This document shows, piece after piece, positions 7,738 to 16,975 of a DNA stretch of 64,000 bases (position 1 is its first letter; each line of letters starts with the position of its first letter). The position numbers and the translations under genes were made by a program. This DNA is from an uncultured Acidobacteriota bacterium (lineage in GTDB: Bacteria > Acidobacteriota > Terriglobia > Terriglobales > Acidobacteriaceae): positions 1,293,949-1,357,948 of the forward strand of contig CAVWMB010000006.1 of the NCBI GenBank assembly GCA_963756015.1, written 5' to 3'. The notes under the pieces were generated by a model that saw only the letters and a program-made list of their open reading frames with translations, made no database searches and was not told where the DNA came from.

Positions 7738-10152
7738 TTGCGGAAAACAAAAGCAGTGAGATCAGGTTCGAAGTGGTGGGCGTGGAAGCGGGCCAGCGCA
7801 GCTCTGGGTTTATTCTTGGGCTTCACGCTTCTTCCTGCGGGCGCCGTATCCCGGTTTGCGTTCAACCCTGTTCAAAATCAAGCAGAACCTTCTCCTTCAA
7901 AGCCGCCTGCAGAAAGTTCTCAGGGGACGGGCAATACCAACCAAACAACCAAGGTCCCAGCAAAAAAGACGACTTCCGTCAAAAAGCCGGTGGGCAACTC
8001 CGGACGGCGCCACTACGTCAATGCGCGTAAGCGGCGAGCGATCTCTCCGCGGGTACAGCGAATGCGGCAGGCGTTTGTGGCTTCGGCCAGTTTGCGTCCC
8101 ATGGCCCAACAACTTCTTCAGGATCGTTCCCTGCCGGCGTACGCGGGGGTGCAAGCATATGCGCGAAATCATGCCAAGGAAGATGCCGGGGCGCTGGCAT
8201 GGCTGGTGCTGGGGTATGCTCACATCCTGGATCGGGATTTCGCTAAGGCAATCGATCCTTTAAATCGCGCCAAGGTTCACGCCGGGGACTTGGGCGATTA
8301 TGTCGATTATTATCTTGGCACCGCATATTCGCAGACCGGGCGCACAGCCCAAGCCCTCGCAACCCTGACCAATTTTGCCAAGTTACATTCGGATTCATTA
8401 TTGGTGCGGGATGCCGCAGTCAGCTATGCCGACGCTTTGATGCTGGAAGGACAACCCTCAGAAGCCGTGAACCTGTTAGAGCCCATTCGGCTTCCAGTGC
8501 GTTCAGACCTTGAATTTGCCCTGGGCCGGGCCTACGCTGCATCGGGAAAAACCGCCAAGGCCGCGGAGACGCTGGCAAATATCTATTACACCATGCCGGC
8601 CAGCGCGGAAGCCGATGCTGCCGATGCCGAGCTGAAAAAATTACCCTTAGTGCCACAGCCTACCGTGGCGCAGCGCAAAACCCGCGCCGAAGGGCTGATG
8701 AACCGCCGGCGCTATGCAGATGCGGCGGATGAATATCGCAGCCTGGCAAATGAGGTCAGCCCGGACGACCGGGGCTCGATGCAACTCGCGTTGGCGGATG
8801 CGTTGCATCGCGGCAGCAAGAACCGTGATGCCAAGCAGGTTCTGGCCGAGCTCGGCACCATAAGTGGCGAGGCCAACGCGCAGCGTTTGTATTTGATCGG
8901 TCAGGTGGACTGGACCGCCAACGACAATGAAGCCTTTTTCCGCTCTGTCGATGAACTACGGCAGTCAGCTCCCACAAGTCCCTGGCTGGAGCAGGCGCTG
9001 ATATCGGCTGCCAATCTGCACCTCGTACACCACGAATACGATCAGGCGCTGGATGCATTTCGGGAGGCGCAGCAGCGCTTCCCCACAGGTGCGCGCGCGT
9101 CGTACGTGCACTGGAAGGCTGCCTGGCTGACCCTGCGGCAGGGCCGCAACGAGGACGCCAAGAAAGCATTTGAAGAACAGATCACCCTGTATCCTTCGGG
9201 CGCGGAAACTCCCGCCGCCCTCTATTGGCGCGCTCGTCTGGCTGAGGAAGACAACCAGCCGGCGATGGCCAGCGCGTTCTATCAAAAACTTTCGGAGCGC
9301 TATCGCAACTTTTATTATGCGGAGTTGGCGCGGCAGAGAATGAAGCGCCTTCCTCCAGCCGGCGATGCCGCCACCGAATATGCAGTGCTCGATCGCGTTC
9401 CGCCCCTTCAAAGTGATGTCAAGGTGGCCGAAACGGAACCCCCTTCGGACGAATTGCACGTGCAGAAAGCCGAACTCCTGGGTAACGGCGGTCTCGTCGA
9501 CTTTGCCGTGCGTGAGCTGCAAGCGGCCACTGCAGTGGACGGCGGAAGCTGGGGCCCGGCTGAAACCGCGCGGCTGTATGTGGAGACCGGCCACTACGAT
9601 CGCGCGATCGAGCTCATGAAACACTCGGCTCCCAATTATTTCGCCCTCGACATTCCGGATTTGCCGCGTACGTACTGGGAGGCTCTGTTTCCGAAAGCGT
9701 ACTGGAGCGATCTGAAGCGCTGCGCCGCGGCCAATGAATTAGATCCATATCTTGTGGCTTCTCTGATTCGCCAGGAATCGGAATTCAATCCCAATGCGGT
9801 TTCCCGCGCCAATGCGGTTGGGCTGATGCAGTTGTTGCCGAAGACCGGCAAAGTGGTGGCCCGGCAGGTCAAGCTGAGGCGCTACAACTCCAGCCAGTTG
9901 TACACGCCTGCGGTGAACCTGCAATTAGGCACACGTTATTTTCGCGGCATGGTCGACAAGTTCGGATCCTTCGAATATGCCCTTGCGGCTTACAACGCGG
10001 GATCGGACCGTGTCGAGGAATGGCTGGGCCAGGGAAAATATCGCGATCCGGAGGAATTTGTCGAATCGATTCCCTTCACTGAGACCCGCGAGTACGTTCA
10101 AGCCATACTGCGCAACGCCAGCCTCTACAAGCAGCTTTATGGCACGCCGTAA
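7738..10152 (+). CDS. soluble lytic murein transglycosylase (Slt70-like, TPR/superhelical N-domain)
   Basis: C-terminal SLT motif LIRQESEFNPNAVSRANAVGLMQLLPKTG ... AAYNAGSDRV, with a long helical-repeat N-domain and a signal/anchor-like N-terminus. The TTG start is uncertain. Confidence 0.85.
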   Translation: MRKTKAVRSGSKWWAWKRASAALGLFLGFTLLPAGAVSRFAFNPVQNQAEPSPSKPPAESSQGTGNTNQTTKVPAKKTTSVKKPVGNSGRRHYVNARKRRAISPRVQRMRQAFVASASLRPMAQQLLQDRSLPAYAGVQAYARNHAKEDAGALAWLVLGYAHILDRDFAKAIDPLNRAKVHAGDLGDYVDYYLGTAYSQTGRTAQALATLTNFAKLHSDSLLVRDAAVSYADALMLEGQPSEAVNLLEPIRLPVRSDLEFALGRAYAASGKTAKAAETLANIYYTMPASAEADAADAELKKLPLVPQPTVAQRKTRAEGLMNRRRYADAADEYRSLANEVSPDDRGSMQLALADALHRGSKNRDAKQVLAELGTISGEANAQRLYLIGQVDWTANDNEAFFRSVDELRQSAPTSPWLEQALISAANLHLVHHEYDQALDAFREAQQRFPTGARASYVHWKAAWLTLRQGRNEDAKKAFEEQITLYPSGAETPAALYWRARLAEEDNQPAMASAFYQKLSERYRNFYYAELARQRMKRLPPAGDAATEYAVLDRVPPLQSDVKVAETEPPSDELHVQKAELLGNGGLVDFAVRELQAATAVDGGSWGPAETARLYVETGHYDRAIELMKHSAPNYFALDIPDLPRTYWEALFPKAYWSDLKRCAAANELDPYLVASLIRQESEFNPNAVSRANAVGLMQLLPKTGKVVARQVKLRRYNSSQLYTPAVNLQLGTRYFRGMVDKFGSFEYALAAYNAGSDRVEEWLGQGKYRDPEEFVESIPFTETREYVQAILRNASLYKQLYGTP

Positions 10153-10154
10153 AT

Positions 10155-10673
10155 TCATGGAGACCAGCTCTGCCGAGTTTCCTCTTGCCCACTCGATTTG
10201 TGAAACAGAATCTCGATCACCAATAATCCCGCGCCCACCACAATCGCGCTATCCGCCAAATTAAAAACCGGCCACTGATAACGTTTTACGTAGAACAGCA
10301 GAAAGTCGACCACGCGACCGCTGGTCGCGCGATCCCACAAGTTTCCCAGAGCTCCGCCCATAATCAGCGATAAACCGATACCGGTGACGATGTGCGCGTG
10401 GTTGTTTTTCCAGAGCAATACCGAAACTACCAGCAACGCGACCACTGAAAACGCAATCAGCAGGCCCGTCTTCCAGGGCGCAGTCGAATCGGCAAACAGG
10501 CTGAATGCGGCGCCGGTGTTCTCCGTATGGGTAAGCCGAAACAGACCGGGGATGATTTGGATGTGCGAGTAGAGCGGAATGCGATGCGCCACCAAACGCT
10601 TCGTCCAGCGATCAAGCAGGACGACGATGAGAGCAATTAAAAGATAAGTAAAGCGCGCGGAGTTTTTAGTCAT
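10155..10673 (-). CDS. lspA: lipoprotein signal peptidase II
   Basis: 172 aa with four hydrophobic spans and LspA-type motifs: NTGAAFSLF, GGALGNLWDR, VVDFL, FNLADSAIVVGAGLL. Confidence 0.9.
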   Translation of the reverse strand: MTKNSARFTYLLIALIVVLLDRWTKRLVAHRIPLYSHIQIIPGLFRLTHTENTGAAFSLFADSTAPWKTGLLIAFSVVALLVVSVLLWKNNHAHIVTGIGLSLIMGGALGNLWDRATSGRVVDFLLFYVKRYQWPVFNLADSAIVVGAGLLVIEILFHKSSGQEETRQSWSP

Positions 10674-10937
10674 CCGTAAATTTGGGCTGGAACCATCTTA
10701 AACTGCCGGAGCCGCACGGCGCTCGTGGTAACGCTCGATGTGCTGAGACAACAGGCCGCCAGGTCGCCCGCGCGAACCTTACTCACTATTTATTTTTTCT
10801 GATATTTCTATTTTCGCCTATCCCCCGCGAGGGCCGCCCATGTATTCTGATGCGGCCTTGAACCGGACTGCGCAAGCTATTTTCCCCCAGCAAGTTCGTG
10901 GCTGCCGTAATTCTCGTGTTGTCGATGAAATGCTCTC

Positions 10938-12188
10938 ATGAAGTTTTTAAAGCATTGGAAGGGCCGGACACTGCTGTTCCTCGCAGTAGTCGGACCGGGC
11001 ATCATCACCGCGAACGTCGACAACGACGCCGGGGGCATCCTGACCTATTCCCAGGCCGGCGCGCAATATGGCTTTCTCCTGCTGTGGACCATGATTCCAA
11101 TCACGCTTGCGCTGATCGTAGTGCAGGAGATGAGCGCTCGCATGGGGGCGGTAACCGGCAAGGGATTAAGCGATCTGATCCGGGAAGAGTTCGGGCTGCG
11201 CATCACGTTTCTGATGATGCTGGGAATCCTGATTACCAACTTCGGCAACGTGGTGACCGAGTTTATCGGGATCGCCACCAGCCTGGAATTATTCGGGCTT
11301 TCGCGCTATGTGACGGTACCGGTTTGCGCGGTGATTGTCTGGCTGATAGTCGTCAAGGGTCAATATAAGAGCGTCGAGAAGGTTTTTCTCGCGGCATCGT
11401 TCTTCTATATCACCTACATCTTCGCCGGAGCGCTGGCGCATCCGGCATGGAAAGAGGCGGCCAGCGCAACCATCAAGCCGCCGCTGCTGCGCGCGTTTGG
11501 TCAGCAAGCCTATTTGTTCATGGTGATTGGAGTAGTCGGAACAACGATCGCCCCCTGGATGCAGTTTTATCTTCAGGCATCGATTGTTGAGAAGGGCGTA
11601 ACCCGGCGCGGGTTGCGGGCGTCGCGCTGGGATGTAATCACCGGTTGCATCTTCACCGACGTTGTGGCGTGGTTCATCATCGTGGCCTGCGCCGCAACCC
11701 TTTTTGTCCATGGATACCGTAACATCCAATATGCGGCCGACGCGGCGCAGGCCTTGAAGCCCCTGGCCGGCCAGTATGCCTATATACTGTTTGCCGTCGG
11801 CCTGTTCAACGCCTCGCTGTTTGCGGCATCGATTCTCCCGCTTTCCACCGCCTACACCGTGTGCGAAGGTCTGGGCTTCGAATCCGGCGTCGATAAAAAG
11901 TTTGGCGAGGCTCCGTTCTTTTACTGGCTGTACACATTTCTCATCGTGGCCGGCGCGGCCGTGCTTTTGATCCCGCGCCTGCCGCTGGTGAAGATTGCGG
12001 TTCTGTCGCAGGTGGTGAATGGAATCGTCCTCCCGTTTGTGTTGATCTTCATGCTGTTATTGATCAATAAGAAAGAGCTGATGGGCACATATGTGAACAC
12101 ACGTCTGTTCAACGCCATAGCTTGGGTGACGACGGTGGTAATGATTGGATTGACCGTGGCGTGGTTCTGGACCCTCAAGAGTAGCTAG
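10938..12188 (+). CDS. mntH: NRAMP-family divalent metal (Mn2+/Fe2+) transporter
   Basis: 416-aa polytopic ORF with the NRAMP N-terminal signature GPGIITANVDNDAGGILTYSQAGAQYGF and the later segment TIAPWMQFYLQASIVEKG. Confidence 0.9.
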   Translation: MKFLKHWKGRTLLFLAVVGPGIITANVDNDAGGILTYSQAGAQYGFLLLWTMIPITLALIVVQEMSARMGAVTGKGLSDLIREEFGLRITFLMMLGILITNFGNVVTEFIGIATSLELFGLSRYVTVPVCAVIVWLIVVKGQYKSVEKVFLAASFFYITYIFAGALAHPAWKEAASATIKPPLLRAFGQQAYLFMVIGVVGTTIAPWMQFYLQASIVEKGVTRRGLRASRWDVITGCIFTDVVAWFIIVACAATLFVHGYRNIQYAADAAQALKPLAGQYAYILFAVGLFNASLFAASILPLSTAYTVCEGLGFESGVDKKFGEAPFFYWLYTFLIVAGAAVLLIPRLPLVKIAVLSQVVNGIVLPFVLIFMLLLINKKELMGTYVNTRLFNAIAWVTTVVMIGLTVAWFWTLKSS

Positions 12189-12235
12189 CAGGAATGTAAG
12201 GGTGAGCGCGGGCCGAACCTTAGAGCGGGGCGAAC

Positions 12236-12628
12236 TTAGATAAGTCTTCCCGCCGTCAAGTCTTTCACCAACGAGGCATCGGCTTCGAGAAAATCGTATG
12301 CGCCCAGGTCGCTCGGAGCCGACCACTGCAAGTCGCGAAAAATACGGTTCTCCATTTCGCCGTGATATTCACGAACGATGTAGAAACGCAGCTCGACCGT
12401 GGCTCCGTTGGGGTAAGTATGTTGCAGGCGGGCGATCTCGTCTCCAACCTCGGCATGAATTCCTAATTCCTCTTCGAGTTCGCGGCGCAGGGCATCGCGA
12501 GGCTGCTCGCCTTCTTCAATTTTTCCTCCGGGGAACTCCCACTTCAGCGGCATGGTCTGGTGACGCGTGCGCTGGCAGACCAGCAGCTTGCCATTTCTTT
12601 CGATTACGGCTGCCACCACGCGTTTCAT
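12236..12628 (-). CDS. NUDIX hydrolase (MutT-like)
   Basis: Nudix box GGKIEEGEQPRDALRRELEEELGI. I chose the start at MKRVVAAVIERNGKLLV (12628), which removes the overlap with the upstream GAF gene. Confidence 0.8.
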   Translation of the reverse strand: MKRVVAAVIERNGKLLVCQRTRHQTMPLKWEFPGGKIEEGEQPRDALRRELEEELGIHAEVGDEIARLQHTYPNGATVELRFYIVREYHGEMENRIFRDLQWSAPSDLGAYDFLEADASLVKDLTAGRLI

Positions 12629-12674
12629 GAGTTGAAAGAGGCGCGTCCTATCATGCGCGCTCGACTGTTGCCGT

Positions 12675-13157
12675 TCACCGGTCCTGCTCCAGTTTCTGCC
12701 CCACAAGCTCTGCACAATACTGCACCAGCGTTTGATCCTCGATGCCGAAGGCCGCCGCAAAATGGCTGTCGATATCGAGTTCTCCGGCTACTTGCCGCTT
12801 CACAAAAATTGGCACGACGATCTCGGACTTGGTTTCGAGCGAACATGCCAGATAACGGGGATCTTTTCGAACATCGTCCACGACAATTGTCTTTCCGCTG
12901 GAAGCGGCGGCGCCGCAGATCCCCTGGTTCAGCGGAATCCGCGTGTGCGGAGTCATAGCCCCCACGAAAGCTTCCAGTACCAGGGCGGGCGGATCCGCGC
13001 CATGCTCCAGCATGTAGAAGCCAACCCAGTTGTATTTAAGCATGCGCTCGTGTAAGACCCTGCAGACCCCTTGCATTAAAGCAGCGCCGGTTCGCGCCGC
13101 TTCGGCGAGAGCCATGATTTCGTTGCGCACTTCTTCAATCCTGCTGGTGACGGGCAT
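12675..13157 (-). CDS. GAF domain protein (free methionine-R-sulfoxide reductase-like)
   Basis: 160 aa. Segments YNWVGFYMLE, GICGAAASSGKTIVVDDVRKDPRYLACSLETKSEIVVPIF resemble the YebR/fRMsr type of single-GAF proteins. Confidence 0.75.
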   Translation of the reverse strand: MPVTSRIEEVRNEIMALAEAARTGAALMQGVCRVLHERMLKYNWVGFYMLEHGADPPALVLEAFVGAMTPHTRIPLNQGICGAAASSGKTIVVDDVRKDPRYLACSLETKSEIVVPIFVKRQVAGELDIDSHFAAAFGIEDQTLVQYCAELVGQKLEQDR

Positions 13158-13172
13158 GAACAGAATCTTAAC

Positions 13173-14015
13173 TCAGAGTGGCAACTTCGCGGCTGTGGAA
13201 GACGCTACGCAGGTAATTTGGCGGATTCCTTTCGTGCTGGCGAAGAGCTCAGGATGAATGGCAAACGCCAGCGCATCGAGGCCTCGAAGCAGGGTGGGCG
13301 CGGGCGTGTTGAGGTACTCATCTCGAATGCAATAGACCCGGGAAGCCTGCGCCGCGCACGTTCCCTGCCAGTTGCGCGTCTCGATAATTTTGTGGAGCGG
13401 TACGCGATCTCCGGCCCCGCACCAGGCGGCGACCAACACCTCCGGATTCATGCCGGCCACATCTTCCGGTGAAATCTGCTGACCCGGCAAGCCCAGGAAC
13501 TCGCCTCCCGCAGCCTGAACCAGTTCCGCAACCCACGCTTGCGACGCGATGAGCGGCTTCCCCCATTCTTCGCAAAAGACTCTTGGACGGGTAGATTCCG
13601 CCGTGCAAGTGTGGGTGTGTTCGATTTTCGCTTGCATCTCGGCAATTACCTTTTGGCCACGGTCGCCGGCGCCGACCGCTCCGGCAATCATGGCGATGTC
13701 GCGGTAAATATCGGCAAGAGTCCTGGGGGCGAGGCCGAGAAAGGAAGTTCCTGACTTCAGTATTTCGATGACGGACTTTTCCTGATAGGGCACGGAAGCG
13801 ATGACGAGATCGGGATGCGTGGCAATAATCTGCTGGGCGTTGGCCGTCCACGAATCGGCAAGAATAGTACGCGATTGCGATCGGATCTCAGGCACGATGT
13901 CCGCGCAATACCGGGTGCACGCGATCACGCGGTCGAGTTCGCCGATGGCCGCAAGGATGACGGTGGCGCTGGGCTGAAGGCAGGCAATGCGGCGCGGAGT
14001 ATAGGCGAGAGACAT
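13173..14015 (-). CDS. BtuF/TroA-like (class III) periplasmic-binding-protein fold protein without signal peptide
   Basis: The first beta-strand motif RRIACLQPSATVILAAIGELDRVIA begins at residue 8, leaving no room for a signal peptide. Later segments are PDLVIASVPYQ and NPEVLVAAWCG. It lies 10 nt downstream of the IscU-like gene. Confidence 0.7.
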   Translation of the reverse strand: MSLAYTPRRIACLQPSATVILAAIGELDRVIACTRYCADIVPEIRSQSRTILADSWTANAQQIIATHPDLVIASVPYQEKSVIEILKSGTSFLGLAPRTLADIYRDIAMIAGAVGAGDRGQKVIAEMQAKIEHTHTCTAESTRPRVFCEEWGKPLIASQAWVAELVQAAGGEFLGLPGQQISPEDVAGMNPEVLVAAWCGAGDRVPLHKIIETRNWQGTCAAQASRVYCIRDEYLNTPAPTLLRGLDALAFAIHPELFASTKGIRQITCVASSTAAKLPL

Positions 14016-14025
14016 GAAGCTTACG

Positions 14026-14385
14026 TTACGACCTCATGGAGCTGAGAGCCGCCGAAAGTGCATCCAGCGACAGTTGCGCAGCGTGGGTTGAGGCTTGGGG
14101 CAGGCCACCAACGGCAGCGCTTACATCCTCGCGCCGTAACTGCTGTACCTGACTTACGGTCTTTCCCAGAACCAGCTCGGTTAAAACGGACCCACACGCG
14201 ATCGCCGCCACGCATCCTTTGGCTTTGAACCGAACCTGGTCTATCACCCCGGCATTTACTTTCAAGGTTAATCGCAACACGTCGCCACAGGCGGGATTTT
14301 CAATTTCCGCCACCGCGTCCGCATCGGCTACCTCTCCAGCGTTGCGTGGATTCTGAAAGTGGTCGAGCAATTGAACGGAATACAT
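14026..14385 (-). CDS. IscU/NifU N-terminal-like scaffold protein (variant)
   Basis: MYSVQLLDHFQNPRNAG, NPACGDVLRL and FKAKGCVAAIACGS align by eye with IscU. The third ligand position (IscU ..IHCS..) reads THAA here. I chose the start at 14385 to avoid overlap with the upstream gene. Confidence 0.75.
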   Translation of the reverse strand: MYSVQLLDHFQNPRNAGEVADADAVAEIENPACGDVLRLTLKVNAGVIDQVRFKAKGCVAAIACGSVLTELVLGKTVSQVQQLRREDVSAAVGGLPQASTHAAQLSLDALSAALSSMRS

Positions 14386-14425
14386 TTGCCCGTTAATTGT
14401 AAACGCCGGCGGCGGGCTGTGAATT

Positions 14426-15157
14426 TCAACCGCGAGAACGAGTGCCCTCAGGAAAATAGATTTGCCAGCCGCGGTCGCGGGCAATGGCCTGAAGGTCGGG
14501 ATTCGGATTCACTGCGAATGCATGTTTCGCCATCGCCAGCATTTCCGTATCCCAGCGCGAGTTGCCGAAAGCGGCATCGATTTCTTTCTTCACCACTTCC
14601 CGCAAAGCTTGCGGTTTGCCTGAACCGGAGGGCACGCGAATAAGACGGTTGGTGACCAGGTCGCCATTGAGTTCTACTTTGGCCGCGAGGATGCGGCCGT
14701 CTGGTATGCCGAAAGGTTTCATGGCGGCGCGAATGGCCCATTCGTTGGTCGATGACACCGCCCAAATCTCGCAACCGTGGTCTTGCAGACGACGAACCAA
14801 TTCGCGCATTTCCGGAAAAATCTGCGCCACGAAGAATTGATCGAAAAAGCGAACGGCGCACTCCATCATCTTCCGCTCCGAAATTCCTTCGTGCATCGTC
14901 ACCATCTCGCCGCACATCGTGCTTTCGTCGACTTCGCCGCGGCGGTAGGCGGCGTGGCGCTCCCGCAAAGAGCGCACCTGCGCCTCTGGAATGATGTCGC
15001 CCTGTCTCAGTTCCCAATCGAAAAAACGCTCTCCGGCATCCCCGGACCACAGCGTTCCGTCGCAGTCAAACGCGGCCACGTGCGGTTTGAGCCGAAGGAC
15101 GGAGTCGAGGAACTCATGGGTGGCTGGAAGAAACACTCTGGCATCTGCGACGTCCAT
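14426..15157 (-). CDS. HAD-IB family hydrolase (phosphoserine-phosphatase-like)
   Basis: HAD motif I AAFDCDGTLW, motif II VSSTN, and a C-terminal lysine/Asp region GKPQAL...FGNSRWDTEML. Confidence 0.8.
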   Translation of the reverse strand: MDVADARVFLPATHEFLDSVLRLKPHVAAFDCDGTLWSGDAGERFFDWELRQGDIIPEAQVRSLRERHAAYRRGEVDESTMCGEMVTMHEGISERKMMECAVRFFDQFFVAQIFPEMRELVRRLQDHGCEIWAVSSTNEWAIRAAMKPFGIPDGRILAAKVELNGDLVTNRLIRVPSGSGKPQALREVVKKEIDAAFGNSRWDTEMLAMAKHAFAVNPNPDLQAIARDRGWQIYFPEGTRSRG

Positions 15158-15276
15158 TTATCGACGATAACGTGGCTACGGGAAAGCGCGCAATGGCCGG
15201 CATCGATGATCAGCCAAAAAACGCCCCTATAAAAGACGAACAGATAGAAGACCGCCAGAAAGGAGACGGCTTCGAC

Positions 15277-15912
15277 TTACGATAAGCGCGCCAGCAAGCC
15301 CGCATAATCCTCGGGGGTATTAATGTTCAGCGCGACCAGCGGATCCTCAACATGGACGTACTGGAGGTGGCTCTGATGCTCATGTTCGACATCACGGGCA
15401 ATCGCTGTGGCGGGGGCGCGAAGAAAGGCTTCGATCATTTCGCGGCCCACAAGATAGGGATGGCCATGTTTGCCGGAAAACTCAGGCACGACCGCCCAGA
15501 CATTCGGATCGGAGATTTCGAAGGCGTGGTGGAGAAACAGCAAGGTCACGGGACTCACCGGAGGCCGATCCACCAACGTGACCATGGCGGCATCGCGGCC
15601 ATGGTTGAGCACATCCCGCAAACCAGCTTGGAGTGAACTGAACTGGCCGCGCCCCGGATCTGGATTAACTACAAGGGAGGCCCCTTGCGCATAAATAACC
15701 GGCGCAAGCATCGGTTCATTTTTGCCCACCACCACCACCACGAACTCACACGCCGAGCCGAGCGAACGAATCGCCGCGGTGAGAAATGTCTCACTCGACG
15801 ACGCCTGTCCGGGTAATTCCGGGGGCCACGGCAGCAAAGCCTTATCCCTACCCATGCGGGAAGAATCTCCCGCGGCAAGGATTACGCCGGCAAAGCTGGC
15901 AGCGCGGATCAT
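15277..15912 (-). CDS. MobA/MocA-like nucleotidyltransferase (molybdenum cofactor cytidylyl/guanylyl-transferase family)
   Basis: N-terminal signature AGVILAAGDSSRMGRDKALLPW. It lies downstream of the xdhC-like gene on the same strand. Confidence 0.75.
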   Translation of the reverse strand: MIRAASFAGVILAAGDSSRMGRDKALLPWPPELPGQASSSETFLTAAIRSLGSACEFVVVVVGKNEPMLAPVIYAQGASLVVNPDPGRGQFSSLQAGLRDVLNHGRDAAMVTLVDRPPVSPVTLLFLHHAFEISDPNVWAVVPEFSGKHGHPYLVGREMIEAFLRAPATAIARDVEHEHQSHLQYVHVEDPLVALNINTPEDYAGLLARLS

Positions 15913-16019
15913 GAAGCGAAGATAGCAGGGAACAACCGCTAATTGTTGATTTTTCGTGCGCTTATAATGCGTCCACGATCGGGGGGTGCTGGCGGTTTGG
16001 ACGTGCGGTCAGCGATCAT

Positions 16020-16883
16020 TTACCGCTCTTCTTCGACTGCCCCCTTCGAAACCTCATTCGCATCGGCTTGCGACTCCCGAGAATGGAACCAACTCATGTG
16101 CGGCAGCCCAGCCTCGGCATGCCTGCGAAAAGCGATCAACTCCGCAGTGATGGCAACCGCAATCTCCTCGGGCGTGACGGCGCCGATGTCGAGGCCAATC
16201 GGGGCATGAACGCGCTCGAAAAGCTGGGCGGCCAGGCCCTCTCCCTGCAGCGTCTTGAAAATCCCTATCACCTTGCGCCTGGAACCGATCATGCCAACAT
16301 ACCGGGCGCGAGTTTGCACCGCCCAGCGCAGAAGGCGCATATCGTCGCGATGCCCTCGGCTCACGATCACGATATACGAGGTTTCGTTAGGATCGAGAGT
16401 TCGCATAGCCTCATCGAAGTCGAGCGCACGGACTTCGCGAGCCTCAGGAAAACGCTCCCGGGTGGCGTAGGAAGTCCGATCGTCCGTGACGATGGGATCG
16501 AAACCGGCCCCAGCCGCAACCTTGCAAAGGTTCAAGGCCACATGGCCTGCACCAAAAATATAAAGCAGCGCCGGAGGCAGGACGGGCTCGATAAAAACTT
16601 CGAGCGTGCCCCCGCAAATAAGTCCGGTATCGTATTTTGGATCCTGGTTCAAATCGAAGATGAGGGTTCGCGGCCTTTCGGATTCCATGACCTCGCGGGC
16701 GGCCTGCCACACATCGGCCTCGACGCAACCGCCGCCAATTGTGCCCACGATGGAACCATCATCGCGAACCAGCATTTTCGCCGTCCGAAACGAAGGAATT
16801 GAGCCGCGCACATTTACAATGGTGGCCACTGCCCCTCGTCGCCCTTCTCGCCGCAATCCGACGATTTGCTCGTAGATATCCAT
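16020..16883 (-). CDS. XdhC/CoxI family Mo-enzyme maturation protein
   Basis: XdhC N-domain: GAVATIVNVRGSIPSFRTAKMLVRDDGSIVGTIGGGCVEADV. Rossmann-like C-domain: LYIFGAGHVA ... YIVIVSRGHRDD. Confidence 0.85.
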   Translation of the reverse strand: MDIYEQIVGLRREGRRGAVATIVNVRGSIPSFRTAKMLVRDDGSIVGTIGGGCVEADVWQAAREVMESERPRTLIFDLNQDPKYDTGLICGGTLEVFIEPVLPPALLYIFGAGHVALNLCKVAAGAGFDPIVTDDRTSYATRERFPEAREVRALDFDEAMRTLDPNETSYIVIVSRGHRDDMRLLRWAVQTRARYVGMIGSRRKVIGIFKTLQGEGLAAQLFERVHAPIGLDIGAVTPEEIAVAITAELIAFRRHAEAGLPHMSWFHSRESQADANEVSKGAVEEER

Positions 16884-16975
16884 CTACGCTTGATTATTGA
16901 GCCTCCTATAAGACAAGTCAATGCGGGGCCAAGTATGCTGCTAGCAAGCTCAGAATCAAAGTGGAGGACGCTCTC

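Noticed and set aside
10674-10937. Possible manganese (yybP-ykoY) riboswitch or Fur/MntR operator in the 264-nt leader of mntH.
   Set aside because: I could not find the conserved GGGGAGUAG-type loop sequences or a convincing palindromic operator. I saw only an AT-rich tract and a 6-bp hairpin (ggccgc...gcggcc) without a U-tract. The question needs a covariance-model scan.
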